64,000 nt of DNA from an uncultured Candidatus Saccharibacteria bacterium. GTDB taxonomy: Bacteria; Patescibacteriota; Saccharimonadia; CAILAD01; BJGX01. A program made the translations under genes and the position numbers. Below are positions 1-11,851 of this stretch, piece after piece; position 1 is the stretch's first letter, and each line of letters starts with the position of its first letter. The notes under the pieces were generated by a model. It was given only the letters and a program-made list of their open reading frames with translations. It searched no databases and was not told the origin of the DNA. Location: the NCBI GenBank assembly GCA_964552475.1, contig CAZKFZ010000003.1, positions 24,078 to 88,077 on the forward strand. Reading direction: 5' to 3'.

Positions 1-1
1 T

Positions 2-85
2 CAAACATATCTTATAGCAGGAATACTGTTTCTAGAAATAACAACAATGATGGTGTTTATAGCGCGCTATATTCAAATTTTTTAA
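2..85 (+). CDS. 3' end of a probable membrane protein gene entering from the left edge
   Basis: Open frame QTYLIAGILFLEITTMMVFIARYIQIF* is hydrophobic and converges on the next gene; partial only. Confidence 0.3.
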   Translation, partial: QTYLIAGILFLEITTMMVFIARYIQIF

Positions 86-114
86 CTAAGCATAATTCTA
101 GGTGTATTTAGTTA

Positions 115-486
115 CTACCTGTCTTTCATATGTTTGGCATTTTTTAACGCTATTTCCTGGTTTAATTTAGATAGTTTGTTTTGTAAATCTTCAATTCTAA
201 AAGTTTGCCTAAATACCAAATATATCAAAAATATTATTGCTGTAATTTGCAACACATCATAAAGACTAAGTGGTGTACTCTGAATAAGTTTGCTTTGGTC
301 TAGATAGTTGAATATCTGTTGATTAAACAATATTCCCAAAGTAAGGATTGCCCAGAATATCAATAGTATTACCAACCCCCTAGTACTAATTTTACTTCTC
401 TTGTAGTTGTCATATATTCTAATGATAAATAGTAATAGTATTGGTAGGCATAAGATTATTAAGATATTATATTTAGTAAGCCACAT
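115..486 (-). CDS. DUF2304-like small membrane protein
   Basis: Three hydrophobic segments and a C-terminal 'L..L..EIAL' tail; sits directly after a GT2 gene, the usual pairing. Confidence 0.7.
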   Translation of the reverse strand: MWLTKYNILIILCLPILLLFIIRIYDNYKRSKISTRGLVILLIFWAILTLGILFNQQIFNYLDQSKLIQSTPLSLYDVLQITAIIFLIYLVFRQTFRIEDLQNKLSKLNQEIALKNAKHMKDR

Positions 487-487
487 A

Positions 488-1189
488 CTATACCTCTCTC
501 AATTTTTGGCGAATTAAGTTTTTTATTATCCTCAAAGCATTAATATTGTTTTGCCCTTTTTTCAATGAATAATCTGTATAAATCGCCTCGATGGGTACTT
601 CGGCAATTTTAAGGTTGTTTTGCTTGGCTCGCCAAACAATCTCCGAACAAAACTCAAAACCATTACTACGGATCTCTATTTGCTCAATTGCTTTACGAGA
701 AAAAGCCTTCAAACCAGATTGAGAATCAGTAACGGCTACCCCAAACAATATCCTAGTAACGGTATTTAATAGCTTGTTGCCAAGTATTCTGTGTGCTGGC
801 ATACCCTTGGTATTTAGTAGTCTGCTACCTATTACTAAGTCGTAATCGTCACCTATTAGCTTTTTAATGACGTTCATTAAGTCTTTGGGTGAGTGTTGGC
901 CGTCGGCATCTATAGAAACCGCGAAGTCGTAGTTGTTTCTTTTTGCATATTCTAGACCAGTTCTGGTTGCTGCGCCGCTACCCATATTTACAAGGTGGCT
1001 AACAATTAAAACTGGTAGGTTTCTAATGTTCTCTTCAGTGTCGTCGGAAGAGCCATCATTTATCAAGAGTATGTCTAGTTTATGCTTTTTGCCAACATTG
1101 GTTTCATTAATAATATTTTGTAATACATTGTGTATTACTTTTCCTTCGTTATATGAAGGTATTATAATAATCCCTTTTCCACTCATCAT
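488..1189 (-). CDS. Family 2 glycosyltransferase (polyprenol-phosphate glycosyltransferase/DPM1-like)
   Basis: IIIPSYNE, INDGSSD, DADGQH, DSQSGLKAF motifs. Confidence 0.9.
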   Translation of the reverse strand: MMSGKGIIIIPSYNEGKVIHNVLQNIINETNVGKKHKLDILLINDGSSDDTEENIRNLPVLIVSHLVNMGSGAATRTGLEYAKRNNYDFAVSIDADGQHSPKDLMNVIKKLIGDDYDLVIGSRLLNTKGMPAHRILGNKLLNTVTRILFGVAVTDSQSGLKAFSRKAIEQIEIRSNGFEFCSEIVWRAKQNNLKIAEVPIEAIYTDYSLKKGQNNINALRIIKNLIRQKLREV

Positions 1190-1542
1190 TTTTGTGCTAT
1201 TAGCATTGCGCCTACAAAAACTACCGCAATACCTATTAAGTTTATTGTTGTTATCTTTTCGTGAAAAAATACACTAGCTATTATTGTTGAAAAAACTAAC
1301 GCTAAGCCTGTCATGCTAGCTTGTACTACAAAGAAGTTATTCTTTGAAAGTGATAGCAAATATACTGCGGTAGCAACTATATAAATTATACCTCCTATCC
1401 AGATGCCGGGATTTGTAATAATATTTGTAATAATATTTTGAACACCGCCAGAGAATAAGGCCTCAGACTTCATTGATTTATTCCAGAATGACTGTGCTGT
1501 CACCAGTAATATAGCGGTTATGGGTATTAGTAAATAATTCAT
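1186..1542 (-). CDS. EamA/SMR-type 4-TM transporter (possible lipid-sugar flippase)
   Basis: Four TM helices; 'FFHEKIT...IGI' EamA signature. Confidence 0.7.
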   Translation of the reverse strand: MNYLLIPITAILLVTAQSFWNKSMKSEALFSGGVQNIITNIITNPGIWIGGIIYIVATAVYLLSLSKNNFFVVQASMTGLALVFSTIIASVFFHEKITTINLIGIAVVFVGAMLIAQK

Positions 1543-1554
1543 GTTTATATTATT

Positions 1555-2640
1555 TCACTGAACTAGCTCGGTGTACAGTTTTAATATCTTATTAGTGTTG
1601 TCCCCGCCAATTTTGTCTACAAAAGTATCGAATTCGCCTTCGATTGCTTTGTGGATCGCTAGCGCTAGTGATTTACTTTTACCATTTTTAAATATCAAAC
1701 ACTTGCCGCTTATAACCTCGGGTAGAGAGCCGGCATTACTAACAATAATATTCTTATTTAGCATACAAGCTTGATATGCGCTGTAGCCAAAGCCCTCTGT
1801 AAGTGAAGGTACTATTACGCAATAGCTAGCTAAGATTAAGCTCTTGAGCTTATCCTGGTTTTGGGACTCTAGAATATTGATTCTTTTACTTAGTTTGTAC
1901 TGCTTAACTAACTCTACGAACCGCTCTCTTTCATCTAAAGGATCGTTTGATAAAACAAAAGTGAATTCAATATCGTTATTAAGTGATTTATCTAACTCTC
2001 TAATCGCATCTAACAGAACAAAAACACCTTTGGTTTTACCGGGGCGACCGTAATATAAAAAAGTTTGCTTATTATATTGGTTTATATTGCTACTGTTTTT
2101 CCAGTAACTAAAATTATTAAAAACTGGATAGATAACTTTTATTTTATCAGCCTTAATATTGCCATTAATCATATCCTTTTTGCTTGCTTTTGAAATTGCA
2201 ATAAATTGGTCGTATTGCTTATGAAAAACCCACCACTCAAAATACTTAAAAGCTTTTGCACGTAACGGGCTATCAACCAACCCCCATTTACTACCTAGAT
2301 ATTCATAGGCCATAAAAACACAGGGTTTGTTGAATTTTTTTGCACCCTTAAGTGCTCTTGGTGCTGCAGTGTATTGGGCTGTCTGTATAATATCCGCCCA
2401 AGTGATATGTTTGTATAAATCCTTTTTATTAGGTATAGGATGGCCAAATAAAGAAACCCATTGACATGAGTAAATTTCGATACCCTTGTATTTGTGAAAA
2501 CCATTTACACCCCCAGAGTTGCTAGTCACAACCCTTACCTCTTTATGGTGTTCTACTAAAGAGACTGCGAGATCTAAAAGAAGTTTTTCACCTCCACCAA
2601 TATGTGGGTAAAAATGTTCGGTTATAAATAATATTCTCAT
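1555..2640 (-). CDS. Family 4 glycosyltransferase
   Basis: MRILFITEHFYPHIGGGE N-terminus; PSLTEGFG; GSLPEVI. Confidence 0.9.
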   Translation of the reverse strand: MRILFITEHFYPHIGGGEKLLLDLAVSLVEHHKEVRVVTSNSGGVNGFHKYKGIEIYSCQWVSLFGHPIPNKKDLYKHITWADIIQTAQYTAAPRALKGAKKFNKPCVFMAYEYLGSKWGLVDSPLRAKAFKYFEWWVFHKQYDQFIAISKASKKDMINGNIKADKIKVIYPVFNNFSYWKNSSNINQYNKQTFLYYGRPGKTKGVFVLLDAIRELDKSLNNDIEFTFVLSNDPLDERERFVELVKQYKLSKRINILESQNQDKLKSLILASYCVIVPSLTEGFGYSAYQACMLNKNIIVSNAGSLPEVISGKCLIFKNGKSKSLALAIHKAIEGEFDTFVDKIGGDNTNKILKLYTELVQ

Positions 2641-2668
2641 GTCATAAAGTAGTGTATATTAATTAAGT

Positions 2669-3268
2669 ATGAAAATAAAATCTACTCAAGAAGAAGAATA
2701 CGCCAATTACTTAATTAAGGCACAGGATATTGGCTGGAAAAACAAAATCGATGTTCAGATGCCTTATAGAAGAAATTTACAAAAATTGTCTCTAGGTAAA
2801 ACTTTAGATATTGGTTGTGGTATCGGCAGAAATTTGAAAGTACTGCAGGGGGGTAGTGTTGGGATAGATCATAACAAATTCATGATAAAACACCTCAATA
2901 ACCTTGGTTATAAAACCTACACCGCTAGTAGTTTCAAAAAGTCAGAGCTCGCAAAATTGTCCTCTTTCGATTCTTTACTCTTTGCACACATAATTGAACA
3001 TTTAACTTTAGTAGAGTCAGAAAAGATGATAAAGGAATACTTGAAGTATTTAAAAGTGGGTGGTAGAGTTGTTGTAATTTGCCCTCAGAAAAAGGGTTTT
3101 TCTAAAGATACAACTCATATAAAATTTCACACAAGAGAAACTATTACTAGTCTTCTTACAAAACTAGGTTTGAATGTAGTAAAAAAACAGTCTTTTCCTT
3201 TTCCTGAGATTTTCGGGGCGGTATTTGCTCCAAACGAGTACTGGGTAGTTGCTAAAAAAATTAGGTAG
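2669..3268 (+). CDS. Class I SAM-dependent methyltransferase
   Basis: LDIGCGIG motif I; HIIEHL; LKVGG. Confidence 0.85.
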   Translation: MKIKSTQEEEYANYLIKAQDIGWKNKIDVQMPYRRNLQKLSLGKTLDIGCGIGRNLKVLQGGSVGIDHNKFMIKHLNNLGYKTYTASSFKKSELAKLSSFDSLLFAHIIEHLTLVESEKMIKEYLKYLKVGGRVVVICPQKKGFSKDTTHIKFHTRETITSLLTKLGLNVVKKQSFPFPEIFGAVFAPNEYWVVAKKIR

Positions 3269-4121
3269 ATAACTTTTCTAAATACTCGCCGTAACCGCTT
3301 TTCTTAAGTGGTTCGGCAATCTTTTGTAGTTGAGCCTTATCTATAAAACCCTGGTTGAAGGCTACTTCTTCTATACAACCAATCTTGAGGCCAGTGCGTT
3401 TTTCTATAACATGTATGTACTCTGCAGCATCCATCATAGAGGTGAATGTACCTGTATCTAGCCAGGCCGAGCCACGATCCATAATCTGTACTTTTAGCTT
3501 ACCGCGCTTAAGATACTCTTCGTTTACCGTAGTAATCTCTAGCTCTCCTCTGTCGCTAGGTTTAATATTCTTGGCAATCTCAACCACATCGTTGTCGTAA
3601 AAATATAGCCCCACAACTGCAAAGTTACTTTTGGGTTTGGTAGGTTTTTCTTCAATACTTAGGGCTTTGTTTGAACCATCAAACTCCACTACCCCATAAC
3701 GCTCTGGGTCAGACACCTGGTAAGCGAAGATTACGCCGCCGTCTGGGTCTACACATTCGGTTAAACTATCGCTAAAGCCTTGGCCGTGAAAGATGTTGTC
3801 GCCTAGTACTAAAGCTACTTTGTCACTACCAATAAAATCCTCACCAATAATAAAGGCTTGGGCTAAGCCGTCTGGGTTAGGTTGAGCAGCGTACTCGAGG
3901 TTGATGCCTAGGTCGCTACCGTCGCCCAACAACCGCTTAAACCCATCTTGCTCGTGTGGGGTGGTAATAACCAAAATATCGCGTATACCGGCCATCATAA
4001 GAGTGCTAAGGGGGTAATAGATCATTGGCTTATCATAAATAGGCATTAGTTGCTTACTAATACCTTTGGTAATTGGGTATAGGCGTGTGCCAGACCCACC
4101 AGCTAAAATTATTCCTTTAAT
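3261..4121 (-). CDS. rmlA: Glucose-1-phosphate thymidylyltransferase, apparent ATT start
   Basis: Frame extends upstream of the ORF-track start to give (M)[31 protein letters not shown]; AAGGAG lies 7 nt before the ATT. Confidence 0.93.
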   Translation of the reverse strand: MKGIILAGGSGTRLYPITKGISKQLMPIYDKPMIYYPLSTLMMAGIRDILVITTPHEQDGFKRLLGDGSDLGINLEYAAQPNPDGLAQAFIIGEDFIGSDKVALVLGDNIFHGQGFSDSLTECVDPDGGVIFAYQVSDPERYGVVEFDGSNKALSIEEKPTKPKSNFAVVGLYFYDNDVVEIAKNIKPSDRGELEITTVNEEYLKRGKLKVQIMDRGSAWLDTGTFTSMMDAAEYIHVIEKRTGLKIGCIEEVAFNQGFIDKAQLQKIAEPLKKSGYGEYLEKLST

Positions 4122-4204
4122 AACATTACTCCTTTTAAATACTTGGCTATTATACTATCTGTTGGTTAGTAAGTAAAAAGCCAGGCGGTTAGGCCTGGCT
4201 TGTT

Positions 4205-5047
4205 TTAAATATTTACATACTCTTTTAGGGCATCTCGCCACATACGGCGGTTATAGTGCAGCTCGCGGTCTACGTAGCTACAGTCTAATGCTGTGTAGTG
4301 TGGTCTAGTAGCAATAGCGCTAGTATCTTTACCGGCATAGTACTGCTGGGTAGTTACTGGCGCTACCTTGCAATCTAGGCCAGCGATTTCAAACACCGCT
4401 TCTGCGAGTGTTGCCCAGTTAATAGGTTCTCCTCTATTACAGAAGTGGTAAATACCGCACCTTGGCTTAGTCTGCACTAGATACTTACAAAATTGTGCAA
4501 GATCTATAGCGTAAGTGGGCAAACCCCACTGATCGTTAACAACCGATACTTCATTAAGCTCTTTGCCTAGGCGAAGCATGGTACGAACAAAGTTGTTGCC
4601 GTCGCCATATACCCACGAGGTGCGAACCACGTAGTGGCTATCAACGCCGAGGGCGTATTGCTCACCAGCTTGTTTGGTGGTGCCGTAGACGTTTAGCGGA
4701 TTCACCGCGTCGTCTGGCTTGTAGCCAGTCTTGGCTTTACCATCAAACACGTAGTCGGTACTAATGTAGATGTAGGTGGCTCGATTCTTTGAGCACGCTA
4801 TAGCGATGTTTAGAGAACCATCGGCATTTACTCGCTTCGCGTCGTCGCGATGAGTTTCTGCACCGTCTACATTGGTATAGGCTGCGGCGTTAATTACTAC
4901 ATCGGGCTTGTGAGCGGCAACTATTCCAGCTACTCTCACAGCATCGGTAATATCTACCTGGGTGTGGTCGTAAAAGATCGCCTCAGGCATAACATTTTGT
5001 AATGCCCTACCTAGTTGTCCGTTGGCGCCAAATACGAGTACTGTCAT
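4205..5047 (-). CDS. rmlD: dTDP-4-dehydrorhamnose reductase
   Basis: GANGQLG, NAAAYTNVD, STDYVFDG, YGTTK. Confidence 0.93.
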   Translation of the reverse strand: MTVLVFGANGQLGRALQNVMPEAIFYDHTQVDITDAVRVAGIVAAHKPDVVINAAAYTNVDGAETHRDDAKRVNADGSLNIAIACSKNRATYIYISTDYVFDGKAKTGYKPDDAVNPLNVYGTTKQAGEQYALGVDSHYVVRTSWVYGDGNNFVRTMLRLGKELNEVSVVNDQWGLPTYAIDLAQFCKYLVQTKPRCGIYHFCNRGEPINWATLAEAVFEIAGLDCKVAPVTTQQYYAGKDTSAIATRPHYTALDCSYVDRELHYNRRMWRDALKEYVNI

Positions 5048-5592
5048 TTGCGTAGCTCACTCAGGTTAGGGTTGTTCTTATCCTTATCAGAAATAATCAT
5101 ACCTTCACCCTTAGCGATCGGCCACTCAATACCTAACTCGGGATCGAGCGGGTTGAGTGCTAACCCTTGCATATTGGGTGACCACTCTAGTTCAAAGTAG
5201 TATAAGTAAACCGAAGGTTCCTTACTGACTGATTGAAAAGAGTTGCCAAGACCCTTTGATACAAATAAACCCTGTCCTCTACGAAGGGTAAAGCCTTGCC
5301 ACTCACCAAAGGTTGGTGAATCAATACGTAGATCGACAATTACCGCATAAACCGTGCCGTTAGCTACAGCCACATATTTGTGGGCGAACTCAGCGTGAAT
5401 GCCTCGCAAAGCACCTTGTACGGTCCATGGTGCGTTTACTTGTGGTCTTTCGCCAAGACTAGGCAAACCAGCCTCAACAAAATCAGACTCACGATAAAAT
5501 TCCATCACCGAGCCACGATCGTCCTCAAAAAGCTTCATGTCTAGAGACCACAAACCCTCAATTTGGGTTGTACTAACTCTTAGATTACCCAT
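5044..5592 (-). CDS. rmlC: dTDP-4-dehydrorhamnose 3,5-epimerase
   Basis: DDRG, GALRGIH, VDLRIDSPTFG, ISDKD. Confidence 0.92.
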   Translation of the reverse strand: MGNLRVSTTQIEGLWSLDMKLFEDDRGSVMEFYRESDFVEAGLPSLGERPQVNAPWTVQGALRGIHAEFAHKYVAVANGTVYAVIVDLRIDSPTFGEWQGFTLRRGQGLFVSKGLGNSFQSVSKEPSVYLYYFELEWSPNMQGLALNPLDPELGIEWPIAKGEGMIISDKDKNNPNLSELRK

Positions 5593-5664
5593 GTTCCCTT
5601 CTCCTCTTTTGGTAAGGTACTAATAGAGTATTATACTTATTTTTTGTTATAAGTCAATATTTTG

Positions 5665-6699
<1,035 letters not shown>

Positions 6700-6798
6700 T
6701 TAATTCAAAATACCCTTACGCTTGGTTAAAATTACTATAAAGTATATAATTAATCATGAAATTATATCTGTGACACAATTTTAATGTAAGGAAAATTA

Positions 6799-8538
6799 AT
6801 GCAAAGACTCACAAGTCTATCGAGGGGTAAGAAAATCTTAGCTACTCTACTTGGTATAGGGATACTATTATTTGTTGTTCTGGCAATTTTGCGAGTTGCT
6901 TATTTTGGCCGAATTTACCCTGGAGTAACAGCCAATGGAGTTTATTTGGGTGGTTTGACAGCTCAAGAGGCAATGCAAGAACTAAATAGTCAAACCTCTA
7001 GTTACTCAACTAAAGCAATCGAGATAATATTACCACAAGAAAAATCTAACCTTAGTGCCGAACAAATTGGAGTTATTTATAACAACTCAGATGCAGTATC
7101 ACAAGCCGTTAATGTAGGTCGTGAAGGTTGGATGGTAGATAGAATGGTCGCTCAATTTGTAAGTTTATTGGGACAGGCTCCAGACATTACAAGTGTAAGT
7201 TATGACACTCAAAAGCTTGGTAATGTATTGGTAGATATTAACTCTAGGGTATCTAAGCCAGTAGAAAACGCAAAATTTAATATTGAGAACGAGGAGATTA
7301 AAACGCAAGAAAGTATAAAAGGCAGACGTGTAGACTTTGCACTCTCACCACAAGCTCTGGCTAATCATTTTGGTAGACTACAAAATAAATTATTTGTTTT
7401 ACCATTGATGAATGCTGAACCCCAGATAAGTTCACAGGCACTACAGAGCCAACAAAACATTATTGCGCCCTTTGCCAAACAGCCACTTACGCTAACGTAT
7501 GGCGATAAAACTTGGTCGGCCGACATCAATACTATTGTAGGATGGTTGTCGCTACCTAGCTCTAATCAGCCAGTAAGAAATGATATCTTAAATAAAAACT
7601 ACTCTATACGAAAAAGTACCAATAATAATATGGTGTTTTATGATAGAAAAGCTGTAGCTGGTTTTGTTGCTTCACTCGCAGGAGATATAAATGTGGAACC
7701 TATAGATGCAACCCTCACCATTAGTGGTGAACGTGCCACGGTTTTTAAACAAAGTCGCGATGGCAAAAATCTAGATGTAGAAAAGTCTACTGATGAAGTT
7801 ATGAAGCAGCTAGGTTCTAGTACACCTACTGGTGTGCCGTTGGTTGTCGCTACTACTAAGGCCGATGTTAGTGATGACAATATTGAAAAACTAGGTATAA
7901 AAGAGCTTATCTCTGAAGGTGTATCGTACTTTCCGGGTTCTTCAGCTAATAGAATCCAAAACATAAGGGTGGGAACTAGCCGTTTTAATGGCATACTTAT
8001 AAAACCTGGTGAAGTGTTTTCGTTTAATAAATACCTAGGGGAGGTAAGTGCAGCCACTGGCTATGCTGAAGGTATTGTAATACTTGAAAATAAAGAAGAA
8101 AAACAATATGGTGGTGGTCTTTGCCAGGTTTCTAGTACGGCATATAGAGCTGCTTTGCTCGCTGGCCTACCAATTATATCGCGCACTAATCATGCCTTTG
8201 CAGTAAGTTATTATACCGAACCTTTTGGTGTGCCTGGTGTAGATGCAACTATTTATCTGCCCAACCCTGATATGCAGTTTAAAAATGATACTGGGCACCA
8301 TATACTTATTCAAACAGTTTTATCGGGAACAACACTTAGGTTTAAGTTTTATGGCACCAAAACAAAAACAGGTGTTATACGCGGACCTTTCTTTCTGAGT
8401 GGTAGCCAAGACCATACCCAACCGTCCCAAACAGTTTTTTATAGAGATGTACTAGACTTGGCCGGCAACGTTACAAAAACTGACACCACCACAACCTATT
8501 ACAAATCTTCGCTTGATTTCCCTCTGGTAGTAAATTAA
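6799..8538 (+). CDS. VanW-family protein with N-terminal TM anchor and peptidoglycan-binding region
   Basis: PGEVFSFN and GGGLCQVSST motifs. Confidence 0.88.
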   Translation: MQRLTSLSRGKKILATLLGIGILLFVVLAILRVAYFGRIYPGVTANGVYLGGLTAQEAMQELNSQTSSYSTKAIEIILPQEKSNLSAEQIGVIYNNSDAVSQAVNVGREGWMVDRMVAQFVSLLGQAPDITSVSYDTQKLGNVLVDINSRVSKPVENAKFNIENEEIKTQESIKGRRVDFALSPQALANHFGRLQNKLFVLPLMNAEPQISSQALQSQQNIIAPFAKQPLTLTYGDKTWSADINTIVGWLSLPSSNQPVRNDILNKNYSIRKSTNNNMVFYDRKAVAGFVASLAGDINVEPIDATLTISGERATVFKQSRDGKNLDVEKSTDEVMKQLGSSTPTGVPLVVATTKADVSDDNIEKLGIKELISEGVSYFPGSSANRIQNIRVGTSRFNGILIKPGEVFSFNKYLGEVSAATGYAEGIVILENKEEKQYGGGLCQVSSTAYRAALLAGLPIISRTNHAFAVSYYTEPFGVPGVDATIYLPNPDMQFKNDTGHHILIQTVLSGTTLRFKFYGTKTKTGVIRGPFFLSGSQDHTQPSQTVFYRDVLDLAGNVTKTDTTTTYYKSSLDFPLVVN

Positions 8539-9930
8539 TTATTTACCAATACAAAAATTAGCAAAGACATGGTCTATAACTTCTTGTGTAACATCTTCGC
8601 CGGTTAGTTGATTACATATAGATATAGCATTTTGATACTCAACCAAGATAATGTCTGTAGGGGTTTTGTTCTCTAATTGATTCTTAATAGTCTCTAGTTG
8701 TTTTTTTAGATTAGTAATTAAAACAATTTGTCGTTTAGTGAGAACACTTAAGTTTTCGTTGGTAGTATTTTTGAGTGTAGCTTTATAGATTAAGTCTTTT
8801 AGTTTGTCTAAACCTATGTTTTTTTCTGCTGAGATATTTATGGTTGGGGTGCTTTTTAGGTTTATCGGTAGCTTAGGGCTAGGTTTTTTTAGATCTGATT
8901 TAGTAAACACTACTAGGCTGTTTTGGTGATTAATATCATCTTGTATTTTGTTCTTACTTAAGTAGTTGAGGGTATCTTGTATCTTACCGGGCTCAACCAA
9001 AATAAGTACAAGGTTGTTATTTTTCACTTCTATCTTGGTACGTTCAATACCAATATTCTCTATTTCATCGCGCGAATTGCGAAGCCCCGCGGTGTCGGTG
9101 ACTTGACAGGTAACTCCTTTAATATTTACACTCTCAGTTATTGTATCGCGAGTGGTGCCTGCAGTTTGGGTTACAATTGAGCGATCATAACCTAGTAAGG
9201 CGTTTAGTAGGGTAGATTTGCCAGCATTTGGTAAGCCTACTAAAGCTACTGTAAAGCCATTACGAACTATCGAAAGCCTCTCGCTACCACTAAGTATTTT
9301 GTTGGTTTTGTTAATAATTTTATTTAGAGCATCTAGCTCTTGGGTGGTTGAGTTTTCGTCGATATCTTCTTCAGAAAAATCTAAGCTTGCAGTAGTATGA
9401 GCGGCTAAGTTTAATATTGAATTCTTGATACCTTTTATGTCTTTAGTGAGTTCGCCTGCGAGCTGTTTACTGGCCAGTCGCATCATCTGTTCGTTGCCAC
9501 TAGATATTAGCTCTCCTACCGCTTCGGCCTGTGTCAGATCTAGTTTGCCAGCCAAAAAAGCACGTTTAGTAAACTCTCCTGGTGTAGCCAAAATAGCACC
9601 ACTGCTTAGTAAAAGATCTATGGTTTTTTGGGTGATTACTGGTGATCCGTGAAGATGTAGCTCTACTACATCTTCCCCTGTGTAAGAGTTGGGTGTTGGC
9701 ATATATACCATTAGAGCTTGGTCGAGTTTAGTTTCGCCATCCACTAGCCATCCAAGGTTAAGTTCGCGTGGTTTTAAAGTCACTTTACTGGTTGGTCGCC
9801 AAACATTATTAGCAATATTAAGAGCTTGTGGGCCAGAAAGGCGCACAATACTAATAGCTGCCGCGCCATTGGCGGTAGCAACTGCAACAATAGTAGTTTC
9901 ATTTAGATTTTTTTTCATTTTCGTAAACAC
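8539..9930 (-). CDS. mnmE: tRNA modification GTPase MnmE
   Basis: TIVAVAT, SYTGEDVVE, GLPNAGKS, GTTRD, C-terminal FCIGK. Confidence 0.97.
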   Translation of the reverse strand: MFTKMKKNLNETTIVAVATANGAAAISIVRLSGPQALNIANNVWRPTSKVTLKPRELNLGWLVDGETKLDQALMVYMPTPNSYTGEDVVELHLHGSPVITQKTIDLLLSSGAILATPGEFTKRAFLAGKLDLTQAEAVGELISSGNEQMMRLASKQLAGELTKDIKGIKNSILNLAAHTTASLDFSEEDIDENSTTQELDALNKIINKTNKILSGSERLSIVRNGFTVALVGLPNAGKSTLLNALLGYDRSIVTQTAGTTRDTITESVNIKGVTCQVTDTAGLRNSRDEIENIGIERTKIEVKNNNLVLILVEPGKIQDTLNYLSKNKIQDDINHQNSLVVFTKSDLKKPSPKLPINLKSTPTINISAEKNIGLDKLKDLIYKATLKNTTNENLSVLTKRQIVLITNLKKQLETIKNQLENKTPTDIILVEYQNAISICNQLTGEDVTQEVIDHVFANFCIGK

Positions 9931-9982
9931 ATGTCTAGAATTTAATAGCTTGAGCGTAGTATAGAGTTATAAATTCTGATAT

Positions 9983-10423
9983 TTAGGATTTTTTGATAAC
10001 TATAGATCTGTTAGGATCTTCTCCAATACTTTCCGTTACTAGCTCTGGAGTATCGGCAAGTACCATATGGGCTTGTCTTCTCTCGAACGCATTCATAGCT
10101 GGCAGTGTTTTGGGGTGGCCATAGGCTAATACCTCGGCAGCAGCCTCTTCGGCAATTCGCTTAACCTTTTCTATGCGCTCTTTTTTATAGCCCGCTACAT
10201 CGATAGCAACAAACTTACTATCTGGGTATTTACGTCGTCTTAGGGTGTTAAATATATATTGCAGGGCACGTAAGTTATCACCACGTTTACCAATTATTAA
10301 GGCGTGGTCGTCGGTAGTTACCTCTAGCATATTATTAGCTTCGTCGGCCTGGCAAGTTGCGCTTATACCAAGCTTGGCAAGTAATTCTTCTAGTAATGCT
10401 TGAGAATTACTAAGATCTGTCAT
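9983..10423 (-). CDS. jag: Jag/KhpB-like KH-R3H RNA-binding protein, short form
   Basis: LIIGKRG KH motif; ERRQAH R3H motif; conserved position after yidC. Confidence 0.88.
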   Translation of the reverse strand: MTDLSNSQALLEELLAKLGISATCQADEANNMLEVTTDDHALIIGKRGDNLRALQYIFNTLRRRKYPDSKFVAIDVAGYKKERIEKVKRIAEEAAAEVLAYGHPKTLPAMNAFERRQAHMVLADTPELVTESIGEDPNRSIVIKKS

Positions 10424-11223
10424 TTTTTAGCTTTCTTTTTCTTTGTTTTTTTGGGAGCTTCAATGTTTTTAGATACAATCTTAACTTCTTCCATCTCCTC
10501 TACCTCACCGCGCATTATTATGTACTGTTGGCCAATCGTCATAACATTTGTAACAGTCCAATATAGTGGTAGTGCAGCTGGTAGATTCCAGGCAATAAAG
10601 GTGGTAACGAATGGGAATAAATAATTCATCATAGCTGTAGCTTGAGCTTGAGAATCTTTGGTGTCGGTTTTTTTAGGAGCTATCATTTTTACTTGAATGT
10701 ATTGAGTAATACCAGCCATTAGAGCCAATACGATACTTGGTGCGGCCATATTCACTATTCCAAACAATGTGGGGTTAAAACTACTTGGATTTTGGATAAT
10801 ACTTTGTATGTAAGGTAAGTTTTTTACCGGAGCGTATAGAAGACCGGCAATTGCAGCTGGATCGTGTGTACTTTTTTGAAAAACAAAGTATAAAGCTATT
10901 AGAAAAGGAAACTGTAATAGGGCTGGTAGGCAGGCAGAGAAAGGGCTAATTTCTTTTTCTTTGTATAGCTCCATAAGTAGTTGTGATTCTTTTTGCTTAT
11001 CACCACCGGCTTGTTTTTTTAACTTAGCAATATCTGGTGCCAAGGCTTGCATTTTTTTCTGGCTATGGAGTTGTTTGGCAGTAAGTGGCCATAAAGCCAA
11101 TCTAATAATAATCGTTAGGAGTATTACACTTACACCAAAATCGTGCCCAGGAATAACACCGTATATAAAAAACAGTAGATTCATTAAGGGTTGGACAAAA
11201 ATAGTGGTTAAAATTTCAATCAT
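10420..11223 (-). CDS. yidC: Membrane protein insertase YidC
   Basis: IIIRLALWPL, CLPALLQFP, LYW motifs. Confidence 0.95.
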   Translation of the reverse strand: MIEILTTIFVQPLMNLLFFIYGVIPGHDFGVSVILLTIIIRLALWPLTAKQLHSQKKMQALAPDIAKLKKQAGGDKQKESQLLMELYKEKEISPFSACLPALLQFPFLIALYFVFQKSTHDPAAIAGLLYAPVKNLPYIQSIIQNPSSFNPTLFGIVNMAAPSIVLALMAGITQYIQVKMIAPKKTDTKDSQAQATAMMNYLFPFVTTFIAWNLPAALPLYWTVTNVMTIGQQYIIMRGEVEEMEEVKIVSKNIEAPKKTKKKKAKK

Positions 11224-11483
11224 TATATACTTCCTTGTTTTTTATTGGTTTTAAAACTCATATCAACACTAGGCTCAACCAAAGGATTACACTTAACGAT
11301 TCTTTTAGTGCCAAGCCAAATACCTTTTAAAGATCCGTTATGTTTAATGGCGAGTTTAGTGTATTCACTGCAGCTCGGGTAGTGGCGACAGTAGCCATAG
11401 GGGTATCTAGACTTAAGAAGACCGTGATCGGGCGAAAGTGTTTTTTGATAAGCCGTAATTGATGTAATAAGTATATTTTTCAT
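11223..11483 (-). CDS. yidD: Membrane protein insertion efficiency factor YidD
   Basis: CRHYPSCSEY...RIVKCNP. Confidence 0.93.
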   Translation of the reverse strand: MKNILITSITAYQKTLSPDHGLLKSRYPYGYCRHYPSCSEYTKLAIKHNGSLKGIWLGTKRIVKCNPLVEPSVDMSFKTNKKQGSI

Positions 11484-11493
11484 TATTATTTAA

Positions 11494-11844
11494 CTAATTA
11501 TTACTACCCACTATTTTTAAGCTATTTAAGCCTGTAAGTAGTATAGTTTCAAGTTGTTTTGGGTTTAAGTCTTCAAGGTTACTCTTGGCTGTAATTATTA
11601 TAGTATATCCAGTGTCAATACGTGATAGATTGAGCCGGATAATTTCGTAAATTCTTCTTCTCGCTCTATTTCGTTCTACGGCTTTTTTTGAAACTTTTTT
11701 TGGTACCACTACAGCAAATCTACTAACAGGTGATTTACTTGGCAGTGCCTTAATATACAAACTACTATGGTTGTAGCTTTTACCAAATTTATAAGTCTTA
11801 GAAAAATCAGTAGCTTTACGCAAACGAAAGCCACGAGCGATCAT
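11494..11844 (-). CDS. rnpA: Ribonuclease P protein component
   Basis: KKAVERNRARR RNR motif; synteny. Confidence 0.95.
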   Translation of the reverse strand: MIARGFRLRKATDFSKTYKFGKSYNHSSLYIKALPSKSPVSRFAVVVPKKVSKKAVERNRARRRIYEIIRLNLSRIDTGYTIIITAKSNLEDLNPKQLETILLTGLNSLKIVGSNN

Positions 11845-11851
11845 TAAAAAA

